Below, piece by piece: positions 48,766 through 60,890 of a DNA stretch of 64,000 bases. This DNA comes from Diadema antillarum (taxonomy: Eukaryota): contig NW_027271013.1 of NCBI RefSeq assembly GCF_040938485.1, positions 124,001 through 188,000 on the forward strand, written 5' to 3'. How positions within the stretch are numbered: the stretch's first letter is position 1; each line of letters opens with the position of its first letter. A program made the translations under genes and the position numbers. The notes beneath the pieces are model-generated. The model saw only the letters and a program-made list of their open reading frames with translations, made no database searches and was not told the origin of the DNA.

Positions 48766-49558
48766 ATATGTGACCGTGCATCACAAAACCGTCAATAAGT
48801 CGCACGCACTGATTTTATGTTAGGACTCAAAGTAGGCGCAGTGTGTCAACCTAGTCAATATTTAGTTTGATATATTTTCTGAAAGAGCAATTCTTCTTCT
48901 ACATAACTCTAAAATTTTGGATCATTAAACAACTTGGAAATTGTTTTTTTTTGCAGTTTTTCTAGAACCAATTTTCTTTTTAATAGAATTGTGTGATTAG
49001 GTATGTCTTAGATGTCTCTGTGCATTCTTTGAAAACCCTTGGCACACTCTCCATTTTGAACTGTGATAACTTTTGAAAAGGTAATGCTAGTGCTGTGAAA
49101 GTTAGTATTAGTCATGAATAGAATGTTTTAATGGAGCGTGCAAAATTTCAGCTTTATCCGAATAATCTCTTCATCGTGGATATACAGAGTTTATATCCTG
49201 TTTTTTGTCCCATTCATTGCAAAGAGCACAGTTTGGTGAGATTAGGCACTTTAATTGACCCTATACTTCAAAGCCTCTTTTTCTCAGTACACACTTTGAC
49301 AGAGTGTGTATATTCTTTCCTCTTTTTTTTTTTTAAATAATGGAAAAGTCCATTTGGTGTGAGTTATACATCATTTTAACCATTTGAAGACTACACCCAA
49401 GTGTACTTGGGCAGGTGTCTATGGGAAATAAATGTTGTAGCAAAATCAGCTGGTCCTCAACGGGTTAAAGCTTAGAGTCTGCTCTTTCAGAATCTGCCTG
49501 TTACTAAAAATCCACATTTGGCAACTTAGTGGTGGTTTCGTGATGCAGGGTCACATAT
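48766..49558. mobile_element. GTGAC...GTCAC MITE with ATAT duplication, family D copy 2, carrying a nested 85-bp element
   Basis: ATATGTGACCGTGCATCACAAAAC ... GTTTCGTGATGCAGGGTCACATAT. Colinear with 37021-37701. Confidence 0.85.
49380..49464. mobile_element. 85-bp piggyBac-like mini-MITE, family B copy 2
   Basis: Flanked by TTAA (49376-49379 and 49465-49468). Ends CCATTTGAAGAC / GTCCTCAACGGG. The homologous site in family D copy 1 (near 37611) has a single TTAA. Confidence 0.9.
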
Positions 49559-51764
49559 ACTCTGAAATCTGAGGCACATTTGTAATTTCAGTGGCTGTAT
49601 AATCTTTTTTTCCCCTGCAATTGATGGATTTATGCACTTAAGAAAGTCCAATGCGACAGCTTGGATATTAACACACATATAGCAGAAACCAATGAACATT
49701 TTCTTGACTACATGTTTGTCCAAATGCTCAAACTTGTGATTTTCACCTTATGGACGGTGTCACAAATGCAATGCCCAAAATTGAATGAAACTATGGACAA
49801 TTTCCATCATAGTGCTTTTGACTGTTACAGGGTGTAAAAATACATTTGCGTACATGTAGATCCTTTTTTTTTTACATTCCAATAATTTCTTTCTCAATAA
49901 ACAAGTGATTCTTACTTGAAATGTCAATATAACAGCCATTGCCTCTTCTGAAAGAAACAAGAAATGCTTCTATTTTTATCTTTCTCCCTATTAGCTGGGA
50001 ATAGACAATCCACACTCCCTCTGATGAAGCCTCTGTTTGTTTTCATTGTCTCATGAATTTCTGAAGTTTCCTGAAAAGGCAGTGAACTCCAGGATGTCGT
50101 TGCCATGGTAGCGGATTGTGAGAATTTCTTTTCCACCTAGTTTCCCTGAGAGACCCGATTAGGATGGTGAAAACGGATGGGAAGTGAGATCAAATTGTCC
50201 ACAAATGTGCTGAAACGCAAAGTCATTTTACTCCGATTTTGTCTAGCATTACTGTAAATCTGAAAGTGTGACAATATTAAAAATGAAATGGGACAATGAT
50301 CAGGCAGTTGATTGATATAATTAAATACGACCGCATTTTCATTGCTTTGTTGTCATTAGCCAAGATGCATTATCATTCTATGTATCATACTTAGTATTGT
50401 ATTAATCACATTTTTCTTGCCGCAGGTTTTGTCGTCAAAAAGGAGGCTGTTGTTTGATACACCATAACAGTGATAGTTTGCGCCCATAAAAATGGTGCAT
50501 TTCTCCATCAGAATATTGTAATAATATGCTTTGGTAACATACAACATTCTACGAGTGAAATGTAGTCACCTGAAATGCGCATGTGTATTAGGCAGTACAA
50601 GTATTAAAATGACAATTCTAGACCAGTGAAAAAATTTACAAGTTTTGAAAATTTGAAAATCAAATCAAAATCTCATCAAATTTAGGGAGGTTAGGATATA
50701 ATGCAGTGTTGCTAAGTTTCACAAAAACAGTTCTTGAGCAGTCTATATGCTAATAATGCAAATTTATATTAAGCTAATGTAGAACTAACTCTAAATGAAG
50801 TCTAAATGAAACCTTATGATATCATTTTAGAGATTATAAGTGTAAGCATATTTCCGTCAGCTCTGTTTTTTTTTTTATTAACTTCGTCTGAACTTTGTAT
50901 TCCAATTGATACAGAGATGTGGATAGTACACCAGCAAATACGATGTTTTCTGACAGAGATTGTAAAAGCTGAACTGATCAGTCAAAAGTGTTTGTTTTGT
51001 TGTTGTTGTTTCTTTCCACCAAGAAATTGTATGTGGTGGAAATAGTGGGCTGTTTTGTCTGTTCTCTGGAGACTCAAAGCAAGTGGTGATTAATCAGTGG
51101 ATGTATAGAAAGATTCAATAACATCTTGTTATTTGTGGCTCTCTCTGCCATTTAAGGGTAGTTACGGTGGTCCCTAGAATTTGTCTTTATCCCCACTCCC
51201 CCCTGGAGAGAGATGAATTACCTCCTCAGACAAATACCACGCCTCCGCATCATCCCTGATGCAAGCACCAATTCTTACTATTTCCCTCTGTAAGACAACA
51301 TTCTTTTTTTTTTCTTTTTACTCCCTTGATGATCCCTGCATAGGTGAGATAAAAGATCCTTTTTCACCTGATGTTGATGGCTTTGCTCATTCTGAGAAGG
51401 TATTTTGTAGATAAAAGGTCCAATTCTTCAACAGTTTTTTTTTTTTTTTTGAGCATCGTTAAGGGTCGTGTCTGGCAGGCCTCGTCAGATGAAGTCAGCC
51501 AGCGACTGATATGGGTAAGCTCCAATTTAAGCCCATGTTGGGTGTCATGTGACCTTGAGCTTGACTGATGTGTGCAGTCCGACAGCGAACATAGCTGCAT
51601 CAATTCTCCATGACAACGAATGTTTTGAGCCGGGCTGGAGTCTGCCGTCCACGTTCAGGCGAAACAAGCTCAGAAGAAACCAACCGAATCGATATTTTCT
51701 ATTTTGCAGTCTGCTTGTGTAGCTCAAAACTGTTTTATATCCTGTGTTCATTTTTTTGTGCTTT

Positions 51765-52371
51765 TTAAAGGGGAATTCCAGACCAGTTAAGTAATAAATC
51801 TGAAAAGAAAGAGTAAAATATGACAAGCACAATAATGAAAATTTGATCAAAATTGAATTAAAAGTAAGTTATGAAATTTCAAACATCTACTAATTTTGTT
51901 CATGAGCAGGTGATATGAATATGTAAATGAGTGAGCTGACAATGTCATCACCTCAGAATTTTCCATTGATTGTATTCCAAAAATTGGCAACAAATAATAC
52001 TTCTGGTCTAGAAGTATAAAACATTATGTTTTTCCAGGTTGAATAACTTCAAAATAATAATCCTTCAGGTATATCAGGATTTGAAACTGTTGCATAATAG
52101 TGTTTGATTTAAAAAAAAATGGAAATTTCATGATTTTATGTGCATGCTGTATGGCAAATTGTGAGGGCATGACATCATCAATTCACTATTTGCATGTTCA
52201 TATTGACTGCAAGAACTGTTTTGAGAAAAATGAGTGAAGCTTCACAATTTGATAGCTTTGTTGATTTTCATCCGATTTTAATCAAACTTTCATTGTTGTT
52301 CTTTTAAGATTTTACTCTTTTTAGACAAACTTTTTAGACAAACTTTTATTTGTCCCAGTTTTTCCCCTTAA
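51765..52371. mobile_element. TTAA-flanked MITE of about 600 bp, Kolobok/T2-like, separate family
   Basis: Ends TTAAAGGGGAA / TTCCCCTTAA. Imperfect internal inverted arms (AGAGTAAAAT...AATGAAAATTTGATCAAAAT vs ATTTTAATCAAACTTTCATT...ATTTTACTCT). 13-bp tandem TTTTTAGACAAAC near the right end. Confidence 0.75.
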
Positions 52372-53125
52372 CCAATATCTGCCTGTCACTTAGTGCAGTT
52401 AATAAGCTGTTGGAGCCACAGGCTATTTTACACTCATTCTCTCAATCGAGCTCTCTCAACTTCAAATTGATGTCACTGACACTAATAAAAAAGAAGAGTA
52501 TGGAAAACTGTATATATCATTTGAAAGAAAAAATAATAATCTTCAATATAAGATAAAATCAGAGTGCTCTGATGAATTGTGAGATGTCACATAATACAGA
52601 GATTTACATACAAAATATACATTTAATAATATTGTTACATCAGTTAGTTAGTAAAAACCACATAAGAAAAATATAAGTAGTCTTTATACATGAGGAAGTC
52701 ATCACTTTTGAAACCCTCATGATGTAAGCTTTCCAATGGTATATGATATGAAGGGAATAATGAGTACAAATATGAAGAAATGTTAAATGGAAACTGATAG
52801 CTGTTGACTAGTGTGGTCTAATTCATAAACATATGGATAAACGTATGGGTGAGACTACAGTAAAGACTATCCATACATTATTGTTTTATCTCCCATAGAT
52901 GTAGACTTATTCCATGAGCTTTAGACTTCAAAAGTGATTGCCAGTCCAAACAATTGTGACAGAAAGCGAGCCAATGGACTGGGATGTTAGGTCAGAGTTT
53001 ATATACTTTAAAAAGCTCCGTAGATTATGTCAGCATCCAAATTATTTCTGCAACATTTTATCCTGTAGATCAGTGATTACAGCATTCACGGGAACTACAG
53101 TATATCTCATAGATCGGCAGACCTG

Positions 53126-53282
53126 GGCCCGATTTCATAAAAGATGTTAGGATAGCAACTCTTGCTGGAATGGCAACTTCCAATAGCAACAGCCAATCAG
53201 AAACCCATATTCTTGCCATTACTATGACAACTGCCATTTGAGCAAGAGTTGCTATCATATCAACCTTTTATGACATGGGGCC
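53126..53282. mobile_element. 157-bp PIF/Harbinger-like MITE with CTG target duplication
   Basis: TIR GGCCCGATTTCATAAAAG vs CTTTTATGACATGGGGCC. CTG on both sides (53123-53125, 53283-53285). Inner inverted pair GATAGCAACTCTTGCT/AGCAAGAGTTGCTATC. Confidence 0.85.
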
Positions 53283-54164
53283 CTGGTGAAGATTAGTCTC
53301 CTATATACTCTGGCAGGTTTCTATGGGGAATCTGTGTTATAACCAAACAGGTAAAAGACAGCATATATATTCTCAGCATTTAGAGGCAGAAGGTGGTTAA
53401 CTAACTTTTGAACGGATTGTTCAATTCTCCTCAAAACCTAACTGATGTGTTCTACTAATATTGCTGCATCCACTCAATCTGCATGTATATGAAGATGGAC
53501 TTGTCCTTTAAGGTTGGGCAGATTACTGATGTTGATAAAAAAACTTGGCAAGTTAAGCTATGTTTGTAAGCATGTAAAGGGTAGGAGATGTAAAGAATAG
53601 AGGACCTATTTCTACCAGCTGGTTTCCTGATGCTCCGGATTTTGATCATGATTGGCAGTGACTGTCAGTCAGTCAATCAATCAATTGATTTGTTGTATTT
53701 GTGATGCACTGCCATCTTCCCTTGCTCCCTTAATGAGGTAAGCTGCCAATTAGAGTGGCATATGGACAATAGTTCTCATAACTGTCATTGAGGTCAGGGA
53801 CATGATTGGATAATCATCACCAAAGTTGCAGGAGTACATGTATGTAGCTGCAGCTCAGAAGGGAATGGAATATAAATGAATACACTCATGCACACGCACA
53901 CACACAAAGACACCATGTTTATTTCCTTCTTTGCTTACGAAATTGTATTGTGTCTGCACTCATATTTGAAAGAATGCTCAGATTTAGAACAAAGGATGTA
54001 TTTTTGGTCAGCCAAGTGTCAAAACAGTCCAATTAGCTGCCAAAGGGCATGTAGGGAGGGATTTAATGCAATTATTGTGGAAGAAGGGGAAAACAGAGTT
54101 TCATGTTGGACACACAACAAAAGAGGCTGGTCATACCGGTCGATGTAAACATCACCTTACCACA

Positions 54165-54258
54165 GAGAGAGCGGAGGGGAAGGGAGGAGGAGGAGGGGAA
54201 GGGAGGAGGAGAAGGGAGGAGGAGGAGGAAGAGGGAGAAGTGGAGGAGAAAGAGAAGA
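54165..54258 (+). repeat. Homopurine (GGA/GA)-rich tract, duplicated at about 57757-57850
   Basis: Almost pure A/G sequence GAGGGGAAGGGAGGAGGAGG... Confidence 0.85.
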
Positions 54259-55625
54259 ATAACAGGTGGTGGAAATTTTACCTGTCCTCATGATCTCATG
54301 GGATGGTGTTCTCTCTGTTCACCATGTAGCGGGCAGGGAGGAGTGAGATTCTAGACATGTCTCACAAAACAAGACAAGGCTGGAAAAAGGAATGGTAGAG
54401 GAGGAGCTGCAAATGTGATGATGAGGTTGAGATGGCGCCTTGGAAAAAGAAGAGGGGAAAAAATGAACACAGGTTTGCCTTGTGCTGCCTCTCTCTCTCC
54501 AGCAATGTGATATGGCACGAATTATTGAAATTTAGGCATGTTGGTTTCGGAATCACCGGGTGAAAAAGCTGTTGGCGTTAGCAGAAGGAGTGTGATGGGT
54601 GGTGGGGGGGGGGGGGTGAGACCTGCCTCGTTAGGGATGACCTGTGGCTGCCATTCCATAATCTCCGACACCTGTCCCTCCACGTGAAACAGGAGACCAG
54701 AGTGAGCTGGGATTGGTCAACATCTGAGATGATCCCTGCAGGTTGACCTTGGTGAGAAATAAAAGATGTCTGGGTAGGTCAAGACTTAATCATCCTTGAC
54801 TCCTTCAGCCATGCATGAAGGCCGGGTCTGCATCCGAGCATCGCCATGGTAATCAAAACTCTCGCGAGATGGAGAGCAAAAAAACTGCACATCTTCGCCC
54901 TCAGATAAAAAATTATTTGTTTAGATGGAGAGGACGGACTGAAACATTTCAACTTCATGTTTCACATTTTATGTCCAATCTACCCCTTATATTCTCCATG
55001 GAAATGAGTCCCAAGAAAGTGTTGATTTTGTCCTGTCTGTCAAATTGTAAAGATTATTGTGTTTGAATGACCTCAAGGACAGATGCCAGCCTTTAAAGAC
55101 TTTTTGTGGTTTAAGAAACAGAATCAGAACTGATGTTGGACTGATGAAAAGGGGGGAATGAACTTGTATGGTGAATGACAGATGTGTTAGGTTTTCCATG
55201 TAAGTCTAACTCAGACAAACTGTGGCATCTCTTCTGAAACCAAATCAAATCTGTGAACTGTCCAGTTTTAAAGCGCAAGCTTCTGTCTGAGCGGAAACCT
55301 TTGTCCTGCCGCATTTTTGTGCAAGAGAGATAAATGAGGTTGAAGTGGATGCCCGAGAAATGTCTGCTATCTATAGTGGAGAAGAGAAAGAGGAGACATA
55401 TGTATGTCTATGTTTACATATATATTAATGTTGAGAGGCAATGTTTGTGCAGTCAATAGGAAAAGGAAGAGAAGAAGAAAATTGGAAACATGGAGATATA
55501 TGAATATGGGAATATGAATATACAGGGTCAGGGAAGATTGGCTGCAGGAAGATACAGAGAGATATAGAAACATAGAGACATGAATATATGTGGGGGGGGG
55601 AGAAAAAGAGAGTTAGTGCTGCTAA

Positions 55626-55779
55626 NNNNNNNNNNNNNNNNNNNNNNNNNNNNNNNNNNNNNNNNNNNNNNNNNNNNNNNNNNNNNNNNNNNNNNNNNNN
55701 NNNNNNNNNNNNNNNNNNNNNNNNNNNNNNNNNNNNNNNNNNNNNNNNNNNNNNNNNNNNNNNNNNNNNNNNNNNNNNN
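55626..55779. other. Gap or masked stretch, 154 N (copy 1)
   Basis: Run of N with the same flanks and length as 58939-59092. Confidence 0.99.
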
Positions 55780-57473
55780 ATATGAAAAGTCAAAGCAAGG
55801 AAAGAGGCAAGCGTGCACCATTCTGTGTCATGCCTAACTTCAATAACCAGTTTGAAAGGTACCAAACTCAGAACTTGGTAGACCGAGGGTCAGTAACCTT
55901 TCGGCATGTGTGTCTGCCTTTACCTGTGCCGAAGCATCAATTTGTCAACTGCAATTTACATGCATTCCTTGTCTTCCAGATATAGATCCTGCGGGCGTGC
56001 AGACTGTCGTGTCATCCACCCCCATCCCAACCCCTATCCCACAACTGTCCCACCCCCGTCCCACCCCTATCCTATTCCCATGCACTGAAGACAATTCAGA
56101 CTTGCTTGTTTGCCTGCTTGAACTTGACTTGGTGTGTATGTGTTTATGATGGTGGTGGTGGTGTGTGGTGGGGGTGGGGAACCCGTTTACAATTTGCTCA
56201 TGAGAAATTGCTCAAATAAGTTTTTCGACACTGCTTATTGGAAGTTTGGAGAGACGAAAGTGGATAATGGTAAAGCTGCCTTGCGCAGTACTAGATTCTC
56301 TGAATGGGTTAGGATACAATAGAACTGTTGCTCCTTTCTAAACATGTAAGCGGCTGCAGCTTGTTTTTCATGATCTCCAATTTCACGGGGGATTCTTGTT
56401 CCTTTTCTCCCTTTCTCTGCTTACTCTCTCCTACCTCCTGTCTTACTGGTCCGTTCATCTCGGATTCCCAAGCGATGTCCCACATTATGGAGGCCAAGGT
56501 GTGGGGTTGGGGAAGGTCGTTGGCTGATCTTTTTTGCGGCGGCCCTAATGCCACCCTCATCTGGAATTAAATGTTGGTCTCGCTTTGCACCACGACTCGG
56601 GCTCACCTTGATCTTGAATTACGGGTCCCCCCCCCCCCCCCCAGACCACGTCTGCATCATCCCGACACTTACCTTTCTCTTCCTTTCTGAGGGTTGCTTC
56701 TTTCTGTTCTGTTTTATAAGTGCTCTGGCATGTCCATACATGCATGAACCACCTACGTGTATGCCAAGCTAGCAGATTTAGATATGAACATATTGTGTGT
56801 ACGTATATCAAAACAGTGATTGCAACATTTGGTCTTCGTTTTGTACCATTTGGGATTGGGTGTGATGATGCTCAAAGCTGCAATGAAACAAGATACGGTG
56901 TAATAAGTAATTCAACCTCTTCCTAGCAAGGCAGCTAGATTCATTGGTCTAGGACATTACCTTGAGGAAAATTGATGTGGCATTTCGAAGCAAGCCCTCC
57001 TAAAGGTGAATGAATGCAAAGAACATTCTTTCATTGATGGCTGTAAAGATCTTTTGCTTTTTTTTTTCAAGCCCTTAACTCAATTTAGAACACTGCCTTC
57101 TCTACCCTGAGAGGGGTTTTCATTGGCTGCTGAGGGATTTTACATAAACAAGGTAGACATTTGTAATTGTCGTTCTGGACATTCCAAGCTAAGTTGGGGT
57201 TATATTCTGTATAAGTTTGAATACAAACTTAATCACAAGTCCCAGGACATGTTTTTTTAAATCACATTTGGCCGATCACTCTCTCGCTCTCTCTCTCTCT
57301 GTTGTTTTGCTCAGATCTAGGTTCAAGTGTGAATGGTTTGATCTTGAAAATGCAGTATAAGAAGTTAAACTTTATTTTCATTTCACTGTCACCATAGTGT
57401 GTTGTTCGTGTGCATAAGTGCTCTTCTGTGTAATTGTGTTGAGGGTTGCACAGTTCTATTCATCTATTATTGT

Positions 57474-57523
<50 letters not shown>

Positions 57524-57576
57524 CTTTTTTTTTTTGGGGGGGGGGAATGGGACATGATGTCAGTTATGCTCCTTGA

Positions 57577-60500
57577 TAGAACAAAGGATGTATTTTTGGT
57601 CAGCCAAGTGTCAAAACAGTCCAATTAGCTGCCAAAGGGCATGTAGGGAGGGATTTAATGCAATTATTGTGGAAGAAGGGGAAAACAGAGTTTCATGTTG
57701 GACACACAACAAAAGAGGCTGGTCATACCGGTCGATGTAAACATCACCTTACCACAGAGAGAGCGGAGGGAAGGGAGGAGGAGGAGGGGAAGGGAGGAGG
57801 AGAAGGGAGGAGGAGGAGGAAGAGGGAGAAGTGGAGGAGAAAGAGAAGAATAACAGGTGGTGGAAATTTTACCTGTCCTCATGATCTCATGGGATGGTGT
57901 TCTCTCTGTTCACCATGTAGCGGGCAGGGAGGAGTGAGATTCTAGACATGTCTCACAAAACAAGACAAGGCTGGAAAAAGGAATGGTAGAGGAGGAGCTG
58001 CAAATGTGATGATGAGGTTGAGATGGCGCCTTGGAAAAAGAAGAGGGGAAAAAATGAACACAGGTTTGCCTTGTGCTGCCTCTCTCTCTCCAGCAATGTG
58101 ATATGGCACGAATTATTGAAATTTAGGCATGTTGGTTTCGGAATCACCGGGTGAAAAAGCTGTTGGCGTTAGCAGAAGGAGTGTGATGGGTGGTGGGGGG
58201 GGGGGGTGAGACCTGCCTCGTTAGGGATGACCTGTGGCTGCCATTCCATAATCTCCGACACCTGTCCCTCCACGTGAAACAGGAGACCAGAGTGAGCTGG
58301 GATTGGTCAACATCTGAGATGATCCCTGCAGGTTGACCTTGGTGAGAAATAAAAGATGTCTGGGTAGGTCAAGACTTAATCATCCTTGACTCCTTCAGCC
58401 ATGCATGAAGGCCGGGTCTGCATCCGAGCATCGCCATGGTAATCAAAACTCTCGCGAGATGGAGAGCAAAAAAACTGCACATCTTCGCCCTCAGATAAAA
58501 AATTATTTGTTTAGATGGAGAGGACGGACTGAAACATTTCAACTTCATGTTTCCAAATCAAATCTGTGAACTGTCCAGTTTTAAAGCGCAAGCTTCTGTC
58601 TGAGCGGAAACCTTTGTCCTGCCGCATTTTTGTGCAAGAGAGATAAATGAGGTTGAAGTGGATGCCCGAGAAATGTCTGCTATCTATAGTGGAGAAGAGA
58701 AAGAGGAGACATATGTATGTCTATGTTTACATATATATTAATGTTGAGAGGCAATGTTTGTGCAGTCAATAGGAAAAGGAAGAGAAGAAGAAAATTGGAA
58801 ACATGGAGATATATGAATATGGGAATATGAATATACAGGGTCAGGGAAGATTGGCTGCAGGAAGATACAGAGAGATATAGAAACATAGAGACATGAATAT
58901 ATGTGGGGGGGGGAGAAAAAGAGAGTTAGTGCTGCTAANNNNNNNNNNNNNNNNNNNNNNNNNNNNNNNNNNNNNNNNNNNNNNNNNNNNNNNNNNNNNN
59001 NNNNNNNNNNNNNNNNNNNNNNNNNNNNNNNNNNNNNNNNNNNNNNNNNNNNNNNNNNNNNNNNNNNNNNNNNNNNNNNNNNNNNNNNNNNNATATGAAA
59101 AGTCAAAGCAAGGAAAGAGGCAAGCGTGCACCATTCTGTGTCATGCCTAACTTCAATAACCAGTTTGAAAGGTACCAAACTCAGAACTTGGTAGACCGAG
59201 GGTCAGTAACCTTTCGGCATGTGTGTCTGCCTTTACCTGTGCCGAAGCATCAATTTGTCAACTGCAATTTACATGCATTCCTTGTCTTCCAGATATAGAT
59301 CCTGCGGGCGTGCAGACTGTCGTGTCATCCACCCCCATCCCAACCCCTATCCCACAACTGTCCCACCCCCGTCCCACCCCTATCCTATTCCCATGCACTG
59401 AAGACAATTCAGACTTGCTTGTTTGCCTGCTTGAACTTGACTTGGTGTGTATGTGTTTATGATGGTGGTGGTGGTGTGTGGTGGGGGTGGGGAACCCGTT
59501 TACAATTTGCTCATGAGAAATTGCTCAAATAAGTTTTTCGACACTGCTTATTGGAAGTTTGGAGAGACGAAAGTGGATAATGGTAAAGCTGCCTTGCGCA
59601 GTACTAGATTCTCTGAATGGGTTAGGATACAATAGAACTGTTGCTCCTTTCTAAACATGTAAGCGGCTGCAGCTTGTTTTTCATGATCTCCAATTTCACG
59701 GGGGATTCTTGTTCCTTTTCTCCCTTTCTCTGCTTACTCTCTCCTACCTCCTGTCTTACTGGTCCGTTCATCTCGGATTCCCAAGCGATGTCCCACATTA
59801 TGGAGGCCAAGGTGTGGGGTTGGGGAAGGTCGTTGGCTGATCTTTTTTGCGGCGGCCCTAATGCCACCCTCATCTGGAATTAAATGTTGGTCTCGCTTTG
59901 CACCACGACTCGGGCTCACCTTGATCTTGAATTACGGGTCCCCCCCCCCCCCCCAGACCACGTCTGCATCATCCCGACACTTACCTTTCTCTTCCTTTCT
60001 GAGGGTTGCTTCTTTCTGTTCTGTTTTATAAGTGCTCTGGCATGTCCATACATGCATGAACCACCTACGTGTATGCCAAGCTAGCAGATTTAGATATGAA
60101 CATATTGTGTGTACGTATATCAAAACAGTGATTGCAACATTTGGTCTTCGTTTTGTACCATTTGGGATTGGGTGTGATGATGCTCAAAGCTGCAATGAAA
60201 CAAGATACGGTGTAATAAGTAATTCAACCTCTTCCTAGCAAGGCAGCTAGATTCATTGGTCTAGGACATTACCTTGAGGAAAATTGATGTGGCATTTCGA
60301 AGCAAGCCCTCCTAAAGGTGAATGAATGCAAAGAACATTCTTTCATTGATGGCTGTAAAGATCTTTTGTCTTTTTTTTTTCAAGCCCTTAACTCAATTTA
60401 GAACACTGCCTTCTCTACCCTGAGAGGGGTTTTCATTGGCTGCTGAGGGATTTTACATAAACAAGGTAGACATTTGTAATTGTCGTTCTGGACATTCCAA

Positions 60501-60787
60501 GCTAAGTTGGGGTTATATTCTGTATAAGTTTGAATACAAACTTAATCACAAGTCCCCAGGACATGTTTTTTTAAATCACATTTGGCCGATCACTCTCTCG
60601 CTCTCTCTCTCTCTGTTGTTTTGCTCAGATCTAGGTTCAAGTGTGAATGGTTTGATCTTGAAAATGCAGTATAAGAAGTTAAACTTTATTTTCATTTCAC
60701 TGTCACCATAGTGTGTTGTTCGTGTGCATAAGTGCTCTTCTGTGTAATTGTGTTGAGGGTTGCACAGTTCTATTCATCTATTATTGT

Positions 60788-60837
<50 letters not shown>

Positions 60838-60890
60838 CTTTTTTTTTTTGGGGGGGGGGAATGGGACATGATGTCAGTTATGCTCCTTGA
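57577..60890 (+). repeat. Tandem segmental duplication, copy 2 (3314 bp)
   Basis: Lacks 277 bp (copy 1 54964-55240). The other differences I found are five 1-bp indels, mostly in homopolymers. Confidence 0.97.
58939..59092. other. Gap or masked stretch, 154 N (copy 2)
   Basis: Run of N. Confidence 0.99.

Larger units (their letters stand above)
53985..57576 (+). repeat. Tandem segmental duplication, copy 1 (3592 bp)
   Basis: Near-identical to 57577-60890; ORF-track entries repeat at offsets 3591, 3313 and 3312. Confidence 0.97.
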
